From Camelus ferus (lineage: Eukaryota): a DNA stretch of 64,000 nt. Positions 48,400-58,960 of the stretch are shown here, piece by piece; position 1 is the stretch's first letter, and the number at the start of each line of letters is the position of its first letter. The DNA lies in assembly GCF_009834535.1 (NCBI RefSeq), contig NC_045697.1, forward strand, positions 18,354,001-18,418,000, in the 5' to 3' direction. Below the pieces are notes generated by a model. The model was given only the letters and a program-made list of their open reading frames with translations. It was not told the origin of the DNA and did no database searches. Made by a program: the position numbers and the translations under genes.

Positions 48400-49340
48400 A
48401 AGTATTGTAATCAGAGCAAGGTGATCGGATTCCCTCTGTCTGTATGTGTTGGAGGGGCTGGAAGGGTCAGGGTTGGAGGTAGAAGGCCAGGTACAGGAAG
48501 GGTGTGCTTCCCTTGGCATCCAGGAGAGGTGACTGACCAGAGTGGCAGTGGTTATGGGCCTCAGGAGGAGTACTGAATTTGGGAGCCATACTTAAGAAAT
48601 AAATCCTCTACAGGGATTTGTGACTGATTCACTCAAGGGTGAGGGATAGAGGGGGATGAGACTGGCACCCAGCTTTCTGGCTCCAGCAGCTGAGGAGATG
48701 GTGGTACTACTCATTAAGAAACACAAGAAGGAATCGATTTGGGGGGATGAGAGGACAAGTTAATTCAATTTTGGATGTATCAAGTTTTAGGTACCCGGAT
48801 GTGCTCTTGGAGCCTTCCCCTGGGTGATGGGATGGGCCAGTCTGGAGCTGAGCCGCAGGATCTGAGCTGGAGCTAGAGGTGGCGTGTTGTCAGCACCAGA
48901 GGGGAAGCAGAGTCACTGCGGTGGGCAGGGCTCCCAGGCAGCACTCAGAGGTGGAGGAAGACAGCTGGTCCAGGGCAGGGTGCAGGTGAAGGTCTGAAGA
49001 GCAAGCGGTCAGGGAGGAAGGGCCCCCAGAAGAGACTGACAAGGAGTGGCCGGGGAGAGAGAATTACAGCCAGAAGAGGCTGTGGTCACACGTCCCACAA
49101 AGACAGCTCCTCATGAAAAGTGTGTGGTCAGCAGGGCTAGGCTGCTGGGAGACAGTGAAAAGGATGAGAAGTGAAAATATCCATTGGATTTAGCAAGAAG
49201 AAGGTAAAGCTCATTGGCTGTTTTGTTAAGAATGCTTTCGGTGGCGTGGTAGTGAGCAGAAAGCAGATTGCAAGGGACTGAAGACTAAATAGTTTATTAG
49301 GTTGACTATTTAAAGATACTGGGCTCTATGGAGAGGAGAA
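48400..49340 (-). mobile_element. L2 LINE fragment
   Basis: Purine-rich antisense L2 motifs: AGGGATTTGTGACTGATT, TTCAATTTTGGATGTATCAAGTTT, CCATTGGATTTAGCAA. Confidence 0.7.
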
Positions 49341-50971
49341 TGACAAATTATATTTGCAGCAGATCAAGGGAGCTCAGGGGAGTTTTGTTTTCGTTTTGGC
49401 TGGTAGCAGTGGGAGACCCAAGAGAGTCTCTAGATAGAGAAGGATGCTGGAGAGAGAAGATGACCCACAGAGTGGGAGGTGGCAGGGATCTTGAGATCAG
49501 ATGGAAGAGGAAGCCTTGGACCAAAGGCAGGGCACCTCTTCCACCAGCTCAGGAGGAAGGGTGGGTGTGGGTCCAGCTAGACGTAGGTGTGACGTTGGCA
49601 AGTTGTAGGCACTTCCCGGTTGTTGCGGCTTCTGTTGTCTTTGTGACACAGGAGGTCAGGTAACAATGAGTAAGAGAGAGGCAGGGCCCCCGGCCAGCTG
49701 CTCCCTCCTTGACTCTCCCCTGGGCTTTGTGACCGTCCCCTCCGCCAGTACTCCCGGCTTTGCTCTTTCGCTCCTGCCTTTCTGCCTCTCCTTAGCCTCT
49801 CTTGTTGGGTCTTCCTCTGCTGAGCATCCTTCACACATTTCTATTCCAAGGAGGACTGAGGAGAAGCCCAGAGTCCTTGGAAGGGCAGAGCAGACACCCA
49901 GTCCTTGAGAAGGGGAGCGGGGCTGGCAAGGGAGGAACCCAGGCCATGTAGGGCCCAAGTGTCCTGTCGGCGCAGACCCTTCAGCTGGGCCAGCCTGACT
50001 GATGCTGGCCAGCCTGGGTATGGGGACAGTTAGGTTCCCGGGCCCCTGCTGCAGTAAGCGTCAAGGCAGTAGAAAAGAGGCAGAAGACTGCTTACGTAAA
50101 AGAAAGCCAAGGAGATCTTCCATGATTCAAAAGCAGGCAGGCCACTACCACAAGATTGTAGTACTGGATTTCATTTTGACGTGCAGTGTGATCTTCAGCC
50201 CTTTCACTAACTCAGCCAGACTTTACCAAGTCAGGTTTCAGGTGGAATACATAGTCAGTTCGACATGTGAGACCTCAGTACTGAAATGAACACTGGGGAG
50301 GTGGCCTTTGGCATTGGTAGTCAGCGGTCCCAAACCAGAAGGATGGGGACAGTTGTGCTGGGCCTCTGGAGGGAATCCCTGACAGTGCTTTTTAGCTTTC
50401 ACCCCATCGGCGCAGCACAGTTTGTGTGAAGAGCCCACGTCTGGGGAAGGGTACAGGTGCTGTAACTCGAAGCCTGATCTGCCTTTTGTCTTAGCATCAT
50501 AGAACCAGACAGTGATCCTGAATGTGGCCTTTTGAAAATAACATCCATTTCAGGGCAACCTATGTAATGAGGCAGAGTAAGATCATCTTCTGTGATCCTG
50601 TTCATTTTTAACTTTAGTTAGATGTGCAGGAGCATGAAATCCTAGGGTTTTGCCAGAAACCCGGTGCTCATTCAGTCTCCTCGCTTAGATGACTTGTCCA
50701 AGGTCATTCAGCATATATTCATTGCTGGGTAGACGCTACACCCTAACTCCCCGGCCTTGTCTGCTGCTTAATGACTTCCTCTTTCACCTGCATTTAGGAC
50801 AGGGGAAAGCGCCTGCCAGCAAAGAGAAAGGTTACATTAGAAGAGCCGTGAGACCCCAGTTCTCCTACCTCTGTCCTCCCACCCCTAACCGGAACAGGGC
50901 TGCGAGAAATCACTTGATGCAGAAATGATTCTGACCTTGGAAGAGCATTTTCCTGATTACATGGCAGGTGC

Positions 50972-51070
50972 TTAGGTTTGTTTCTTTATTTAAACAGAGG
51001 TGCTGGGAATTGAACCAGGACCTCGAGCATGCTAAGCACACACCATACAACTAAGCTATACCCTTCCCGC
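50972..51070 (-). mobile_element. Vic-1-type SINE, more diverged and 3'-shortened, in SMIM20 intron 1
   Basis: Minus strand GGGAAGGGTATAGCTTAG...GCTTAGCATGCTCGAGGTCCTGGTTCAATTCCCAGCACCTC...AAACCTAA; 13-bp TSD AC[A/G]TGGCAGGTGC at 50959-50971 and 51071-51083, with one mismatch at a CpG. Confidence 0.85.
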
Positions 51071-51454
51071 ACGTGGCAGGTGCCAAGAATTTGCTTTTTC
51101 TTCCTTTCACAGTAGAGTCAAATACAAGGTCAGTGCACAGACTAAAGTCTTATTCTCTAACTGGCTTTACAAAGCTGCCTGGATTCCACCGCACACTCTG
51201 GTGAAAAACAAGTGTCCTCAGTATTGGGAGGAATCCATGCTTCCGGTGGCCCTTTGGTCCCCTCAGCCGCTGGCTCACACTCGCCACCAGGGTAGATATC
51301 CAGTCCTGAATCACCCCGCAGTCAGACTGCAGCAAAATGGGAGCACTGAAAAAGTATTTTTAATTTTATATTTGCCATTTAAAAAAAGATACTTCGAAGT
51401 AATCATCATGGAGCAGTCTCAGTGTTATTGGACTGCCTTATACTGGTTTTGCAG

Positions 51455-51875
51455 TTGTATATTTTTGTTATTAAGAAAAGAAAAATCCAAACCTACAGAG
51501 AAGATTTAAGAATAGTACAGTCAATCCCTTTAGGTCCTTCACCTGGATTTACCAGTTGTCAACATTTTGCAACATTCGCTTTCTCTCCCTCTATATATGT
51601 TACATATCTATATCTACATACACATAGACACATATATATATACATGTGTAATTATATACACATATTTTAATGGTGTACTTTTATTTTGCTGAACCATTTG
51701 AGAATAAGTTGAAGACACTGTGAGCTTTCATCCCTAAACACTTCAGCAGGTACTTCCTGAGAACAAGGACATTCTCTTACATAATCACAATTATCCAATC
51801 CAGGAAATTTAATATTGACACAATGCTATTATGTAATACACAGCCCATATTCAAATGTTGACATTTGTCCAATTA
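51455..51875 (-). mobile_element. L1MC4/5-like 3' end
   Basis: TTGCTGAACCATTTGAGAATAAGTTG...CCCTAAACACTTCAGCA...GAACAAGGACATTCTCTTACATAA. Confidence 0.75.
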
Positions 51876-54663
51876 CTGCAGGTTGCGAGTTGCTTTTATC
51901 TTAACTGTTCATTGGCAGGAGGAGATGGCGGGGGTGTTCGGAGGTGGCAGTCTCACTGCGTAGGGCCCCGAGACCGGCACCCGCTTCTAGGTTTCTACCT
52001 GCTGGTCCTCCCCTAGAGCGCCCTCGCCTAGTCAGTGATGACTGCTGAGGGGGCTGGTGCTTGGGTATGCTGTATTCATTTGCTGTGACAGTTAAATAAA
52101 GGAGCAAGTCACATAGATTATTTCACAATATGGACATTTAATATAAGGATATGTTTCATTTTCAAAGACTTAAAAATTGTTAGGTGGATTCTTATCGTCC
52201 CGTACAGAACTGAGCCCATCTGCCTGTATTGCTGAGTTTTTAATTATATACCTGGCCCTTTGAGTAGAGAGAATGATCCTCAATTAAAGCTGCAAATCAG
52301 CTCACTGCCTTAGCACCAGGGGGCAGAGTCGGGCTTGCTGAGATGCCCAAGTGGGGACTTTCCTAACCGGCGTCGCAAAGCTCCAGGCCCAGTGTTGTCT
52401 GTTAGTGTTTTAATCATTTCACTCCTGATAGAAAACGTGCTCACTACTGAAAAGTCAGTAATTAGCTTATCTTGATCTATCCACATAGTTAAACCCCTGA
52501 CTTCTGCGTTGCCCTTTTCCTGAGGTTGATAGACGTTTGCTGTTTCTCTAATGATAGCAAAATAGAAACCTCATCAAGATGTACTTGCTAAATCCTGAGG
52601 GACCAGCTTGTTTTCCCCTTAGCATGTTCTGTGTTCACAAATAAAGTGTCTTTGTGTCATATCACGAGTTTGTGTAAGACTGCTGTGGCCTTAGAGTATT
52701 TATAAGACGTTAATGGATTAAAGAACCGGGGATGTAGATAGGATGCTAATACTGGTTATCGCTTGGTAGGAACTGGTTCAGCAAATCGGTTTAAATTGCC
52801 TCTCCAAGCTGAAAAAAGAGGTGGTTGCGTAAGGACAAGGATTATAAAGAGATTATGGTCTATTTAAAATAAATCCTCAGCCTCTCTCCAACCTCATTAG
52901 CAATTAGCAAGGAAGTGTGAAGACGGATTCTTTTCTCTTCCCTTGGTTCTCCATTGCGTTGTAAGAGGTTAGAGCACAATTAGGCATTCTGTTGCTACCA
53001 GAAGTCAACTTCCTGTGATGCTTGGCAGTCTGCCAGCTTCTTTGGCTTTGCTGGACCGGGCCTCTCGGAGAACATGTTCGGTATACCAGGATGTCTGATT
53101 GTCTTAAATCTGGACGTCTAGAATGCTTTCTGGCAATCCAGCATTTTTAAAAAACTCATCTCTTCCTTCTTCCATAATACTGGAGAATAGACCTTATAGG
53201 TGTAAAAAAATGATATCTATTTTTGGCCCTGGCATGATCGATGACAGAGTAGTCTTTTCCTGGTTGGCATTTTCTAAGAGCGTGTTTGAGACACATCCAT
53301 ACTTGGAGACTTACTGACGGTGCAGTAGGGCTCAATCCTGCAGGAATTTAACTTCTTAGGAAATGAGCTCGGCTTTTGTGTTGAGTTATTTTAGAAAGTC
53401 TGACACCTGAGAGGCCCCATTATCATACACTCTGGATGGGAGAAGTCTTTGGCATTTCTTGGTCCACAGGGTCTTGGTTGTTGTTCACCTGCTGCTTCTC
53501 AGAGAGGCCCAGTGAAACCATCGGACTGTTGTCTATAAGGGGCTTCCTCATGCTGTGTCTTCTTGCTTAGGGTTGGATGTCAAGATTCACATCATTCCTA
53601 TTGCCCAGTGTTTTATTTGCCAAAGCAAAATTTGGCATTGATAAAACTATCAGATAGGCCACTTAGGATTGACTTCCTGTCACATCACGGGAGAAGCAAG
53701 TTCAATGAATATTCCCAGTTTGGCAAATTCCTGTTTCTTGTACCGTTATGCTTGTGTAACTTTATACGAATCCAGAGGCCAGAATAAAGAAAACTGCCTA
53801 ATATTAAATAAGAGCTAAATGTGGATTTAAAGAAACACTGTCAGCCTGATTAAAATAAAGTTCCAATTACAACACTTAATTACTATAATATAGTAATAAA
53901 CATCCCTTGGCTCTAAGTCCTTCTCCTGAAAAGCCACCATTTGTTTGTCAAGAGACCTAAAATAATAAGTCTTTGTTTTCACAGCCCTTGGGTTTATTCG
54001 AAACCACTTAGAAAGATGTGTCAGAGTGCTTGAAGCCCACAGACATAAAATGCCCAATTTCTCTTGGCCCTCGCCTGTTGGACATCTCCAAAGAGATGGG
54101 CTAAGCGGCTGTCACTAAAACGTGCTTACTAATTGGCGCAGCACCTGCAATCAATTAGGGAAGCTTCAATTATCCCAACCAAAGCCACCCACCCAAAGAT
54201 TAATTTTCTGCTCTATTTCCTATCAAAAACAGCATATTTAGCTCTGGGTCTAGGCCTTCAGTGGAGTACATTTTCGACACATAAACTACATCGTTTTCTT
54301 GTTAATTGTACTTGTTTCTTCAATTCAGCAGTCTTGCCCTCCTAATATCACACCCACCAGTTCTTTCAAAACTGTTCTTTTTCTGTTGTTTTTGTTGCCT
54401 TTCCAAACTGCTGAGATCACCGAGAAAAGATGTTCGTTGGGAGCTTTTCTTCTGAAGTACAGCTTGCTTGCTTTTACTGAAAATATCCAATCTTTTTGCT
54501 TGATGGGATCTAACTTCCATAACCTAAAAGCTTTGCATAGCGGCTCTGAATCTGCCAGCACTCAGCTCTATTGTTTTCTAATTTTCCCATCTAGATAGGA
54601 TTTCCACTCCCGCTGCCCCCCACACCCCTCTCTAAAGAGTAATTTCTCTGTTGTGTTTCTTAG

Positions 54664-54720
54664 AGAAGGAACAAGCCGTAAATCGAGCTGGTATTGTTCA
54701 AGAAGATGTGCAGCCACCAG
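54664..54720 (+). CDS. SMIM20: SMIM20 coding exon 2 (57 nt, phase 1-1)
   Basis: Acceptor TGTTTCTTAG|, donor CAG|GTAAAC; encodes (Q)[18 protein letters not shown](G). Confidence 0.96.
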
Positions 54721-55493
54721 GTAAACTTAAAAATCAAAACACAGTCCCACGTGGACTATTGTGTTGTTGGGGCGGGAGGCGGGGGATGTTTGCTTTGTAG
54801 CGGGAGAAATCTTTTTCACTTCGAGGCTCGATTGTGATTGTGCTGTTTACTCCACAGCAGTTGCCACTTCAGAGGTGCCACCCCAAGACTTCATCTTACC
54901 ATTTCACTCAAGAATAGTTTTTGCAAGTTTGCACGTTTCTCTTTTGCATTTGATCAGGGGGCACCAACGTGTAACAAGCGTGCAATTAAATATGAAGCGC
55001 AAATAGCTGTTTTGCAGGCTTATTTACCAAGCACCTATTTAAACACTACCCTCATGGGAAAGTACTGTTTATTTGTGAGCTCTTTTAATTGATGCAGGAT
55101 TCAGCTTTATACAAAAGCTCAAAAGTTCCCTTTATGGCTGAACGGTTAGTTACTTTAAGACGATCCAAGTTGGCTGAGAATGAGAGGTTTCCAGCTTATT
55201 AGCCAAAACTTGTAATCTGTGGCTGTGGTCTTTTTTATTTATTTATTTTTTTAACGAGGCCAAATACATATCTCCCTGTCACGGGGCCATTTCCGAGCCG
55301 TTTTAAAGTCCCTCATGGATTCCCCAGCTTCCTAGCCCTTCCATTCCGGGGCTCTGACAGCTTCCCCGCCCTGCCTCAAACTGCGTAGAAATTGCACAAC
55401 TCAGTTCTGATGTCATCTTGTTTGTTTGGTGTTGAGGGAAGTGGTAGGAAGTCTACAAACGAATCCTGTTTTTATTCCTATTTCTCTCTATAG

Positions 55494-55531
55494 GGTTAAA
55501 AGTGTGGTCGGATCCATTTGGCCGGAAATGA
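55494..55531 (+). CDS. SMIM20: SMIM20 coding exon 3 (C-terminus of phoenixin, GRK amidation signal, TGA)
   Basis: Acceptor TTTCTCTCTATAG|; encodes (G)[11 protein letters not shown]. The exons sum to 109+57+38 = 204 nt = 67 aa plus stop. Confidence 0.96.
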
Positions 55532-56240
55532 GAAGGCTGTCCCCACCTCTGATTGTGAAAGGAGACAGTCCTTGTGCTTTCAACTGCCCCAAGTTCAATA
55601 AATCGCCTGGCTAGAGAATGATGGCTGGAGAAGAAAAGTCTCTAATGTCGTCAAGAGTGCTGTGCACAAGAATTAATTCCCTTCTTAAATATCAGAGAAC
55701 CCTGGAACAAATCACACCATTAGGAAGGCTTTCATGATTCGGTTTCCTTTCTAAAAATGAAGCTCTCTCACCCAGCTGTGTTTGGAGGCGATCTACTTAT
55801 TATTCCGTCTCTACCTCTTACCCAACCGAGCTGTGATATGAATGTAAGCAACCAGTAGAATTGAGAAGATCCTCGTCTGTTTGTCTGTTTTGCCATCTTC
55901 CAAAAGGAAATTTCAGCTAAAAGCCACCATAGTGAGCAGCCTCATAGGGCTCTTCGAAAATGTTAAAGTTGATAAAACTCTTTGAGGACAAGGTACATTA
56001 TTACTTAAGAATAAACAGTTCAGCTCAACTAGCTCGTTGGGAAGGTTGCTGCACGTTGGAAAATAAATATGAAGCAAGTTCAAACTAAATGGGTGTGCAT
56101 GTGTAGCAGAAACCAGTGCTGAGTTAAAGGAAGTAAAAATGTGTGTATTAAAATGATTTCTTTTTACTTGACAATGGTGTAAGTGTTTTTTGTAAATCCT
56201 TTTTTATAAGCTCATTAAATTGTACCAAGAAGTACTATTT
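55532..56240 (+). terminator. SMIM20: SMIM20 3' UTR with candidate polyadenylation signals
   Basis: AATAAA at 55597, 56010 and 56062; ATTAAA at 56147 and 56214, with T/GT-rich sequence downstream. The true 3' end cannot be determined from sequence alone. Confidence 0.6.
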
Positions 56241-57351
56241 GACTAGATTATATTTGACTAGGTATTTGTGTGGTGGTTGTCAAATTGTATACAAGTAGAA
56301 ATCTTAAAAGTAAAGAGCAGATTTGCAGAGACAGACATTTATTGAATGTGATTCTCTACCAGGTACCTTCTTGCTCTAGTGCTCTTTCTGCCCGCTTGCT
56401 AGATGATGTGCTTTTGAAGAGATACACCCCTCATTTTTCCGTCTCGCAGAGCGCCTCGCTCATTACTGCATGTGTGCGCTTTGAGATGAGCTGCCTGATG
56501 ACATAATTTCATTATTGTGAACTGGGAGTTTGCTTAACAGACAACTGGCATAATTATGTTGATTACTGTCAAAAAGAAATAAGATTGATAGTTCCAAAAC
56601 CAAAGTCATATTTTGGTAGGCATTCCCTAACATTTAGTTGACTTACAGTTAACAACCCCAATAAAAGAAGTTGACTCATTCAGCGTACGTGTGACCACTG
56701 TTTTCCTTGGAAGGGGCACTAGAAGGTCGTGTGACTTAAAGTCACATCCAGTGGGTGCTTAATTGAGACTTATCTGTGACAGTGGCCAGTGCTGGTCCCA
56801 TCTGCTTTGGAAAATATCCAAGCTGAAATGACTGTGTCTAAATGTTGTAGAGAAGAACTTGGCAGCCCTGATGGCTTACTTGTCGCCTGGAACAGATTCA
56901 ATTTAGCCTCCTGGGTGGGATCTTTGTCCTGGTCTTGACCTTGCCGTTGGTCTACCTCTTTGCAGAGATAAAGAGGCTTCCTGTCCTGCTCAGCTGCCTT
57001 GATGTTTTTGAAAGGGTCACTCTTGATGTTATCAGAGGTGTAATGTCAGACTCTGCTGCCCATGCTTGACAAAAGCCGGGTTGTAAGAGTGTTGACGGAG
57101 GGTCTTGTAGTGGCTCCAGGCAGCTTCCAGGTGTGCCTCTGGGAGGATGCTGGAAGCACTGGAAAGAGGGATCTTCATCAAATACAGTTAGGAAACAGAG
57201 TTAAAGTTAATTAGGTTTATTTGCTTCTAATTTGACCATTTCCAAGAGAGACATAAATTTCCCAAATGTATTTATCACAGAGCATTTTTTACTGATTATC
57301 TTCTGGACCTAATGACCACCAACATCCTTTAGGGGAAATCCTCTGCTAGAC

Positions 57352-57820
57352 CAGTGGTTCTCCAACTTTTTAGTCTCAGGACCCCTTTAACACACAAACA
57401 TTTTTGAGAATTTCAAAGTGTTTCTTCTATGGGTTGTATCTAGAGATGCTTACTATATTAGAAATTAAAATATTTTTTAAACTATATTAACTCATTTAAG
57501 AATATCAATAATAAACCCATATAGGTTAATATGACATTTTTGTGTGAAAATTTTATTTTCCAAGACAAAAAAATAATTTGCACATTTGTTTAATGTCTGG
57601 CTTAATAGAAGTTGCTAGATTCTCATTTCTACTTCTGCATTTGATCTGTTGCTCCGTCATGTGGCCTTTGGAAAACTACTGTATACACTCATAAGAAGAT
57701 GAGAATAAAAAGGCAAAAAAGCTTTAATAGTAGTGTAAAAATACTTTTGATCATGCAACCCCCCTGAAAAGGTCCCAGAGACCTGGAGAGGTCTCTGGAC
57801 CACACTTTTGAGTCTGGTTG
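57352..57820. mobile_element. Charlie1-like non-autonomous hAT DNA transposon
   Basis: CAGTGGTTCTCCAACTTTTTAGTCTCAGGACCCCTTTA start; TTTAATGTCTGGCTTAATAGAAG; GGACCACACTTTTGAG end. Confidence 0.8.
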
Positions 57821-58469
57821 TCTGTTTTTTCTTTTTCTTGGACTTAGACCTGTTGAAGAATGTGTATCTGCTTGCACTCGCTCAGAGTTGCTTGTGAACT
57901 GTGCTTAGGCATGTCCATAATGAGGGAGGTTATAAGAGCAGAGGAGAAACTGACAAAATTTCCTATTGTTATTACTGAAATGAAGTTGTTGGCTCCACCA
58001 TTTTCAACGTCAAACAATACCCTCTCTAGGAAAACTCTGGCTGACATTTTTCTAATCTCAGCACCAGAAATAGCCACACTGCCGAACAGTTGGTGCATGT
58101 CCTGTGAACGTTGATTTGTATAATTTGTTTCCCTCTTTGTATTGGCTGATAGGAAGCTCAACCACATTTGTGGTCTAGTTTTTAAAAAAGTACCTAGGAC
58201 CTTGTGGAATTTATCTGAGCCATTACATTCCCTTCATTCTTTTTTTCCCGACTTTATTTTCCTTTCTCCTTTCCCACTTTAGTTTTTGATCTTATATTGT
58301 ATGTTAGAACCCTCATTTTTTTTTTTTTTGAGCTAGGGCACAAACAGTATTTATTCAATTGAAAAGCCATTTACAATCTAGTAAAGGAAATGATGTAAAT
58401 TCACAGATAAGATTAAAATAATGTGAACTATTAAAAGTACCTTTAAAAGAGGTTCATAGTGTCTTCTGA

Positions 58470-58960
58470 CACTGAGCATATGCAAGCCCTGTGTCCCTGC
58501 AATTCTAGTTATTTATGCAGCAGAAATCCATCCAAAATTCACCAAAAGACAGTCTAGAATGTTCACAGCAGCTCTGAAAACTTACCAAATGCCCATCAAC
58601 AGTGCAATGATTAAATAAACTGACATACACAATGGAATACAATGCAGCAGTGAGAATGAACAATGGAATGAATCTCACAAACAATGTGAATGAACCAAGC
58701 CAGTCACAAGAGTACTTTTAGATTCCATTCAGATAAAGAATAAAAATGGGATGAGTTAAGCCATAGAGTTAGAAGGTATGATAGTGACTACTCCTAGGAA
58801 GAGGGGGCGGGGTAGTGACTGGGAAAGGGTATAGGAGTCTTCAAGGCACTGATAACGTTCTGTTTTTCTGATCTGAGTGCAGGTTACTTGGGTGTATTGA
58901 GCTGTACAAATTCACATACTTTTCTAAATGTATGTCATACTTCAATACATTTTTAAAAAA
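58470..58960 (+). mobile_element. Old L1 (L1MC/ME-like) 3' end
   Basis: TAGAATGTTCACAGCAGC, CAAATGCCCATCAACAG, ATGAATCTCACAAACA; ends TGTATGTCATACTTCAATA. Confidence 0.75.

Noticed and set aside
52034..52048. C-box (GTGATGA) and D-box (CTGA) suggesting a snoRNA
   Set aside because: The boxes are only a few nt apart, with no guide region or convincing terminal stem.
54661..54668. Tandem acceptors TAG-AG-AAG at exon 2
   Set aside because: The alternative AGs shift by 2 or 5 nt, so they frameshift; this is not an in-frame NAGNAG.
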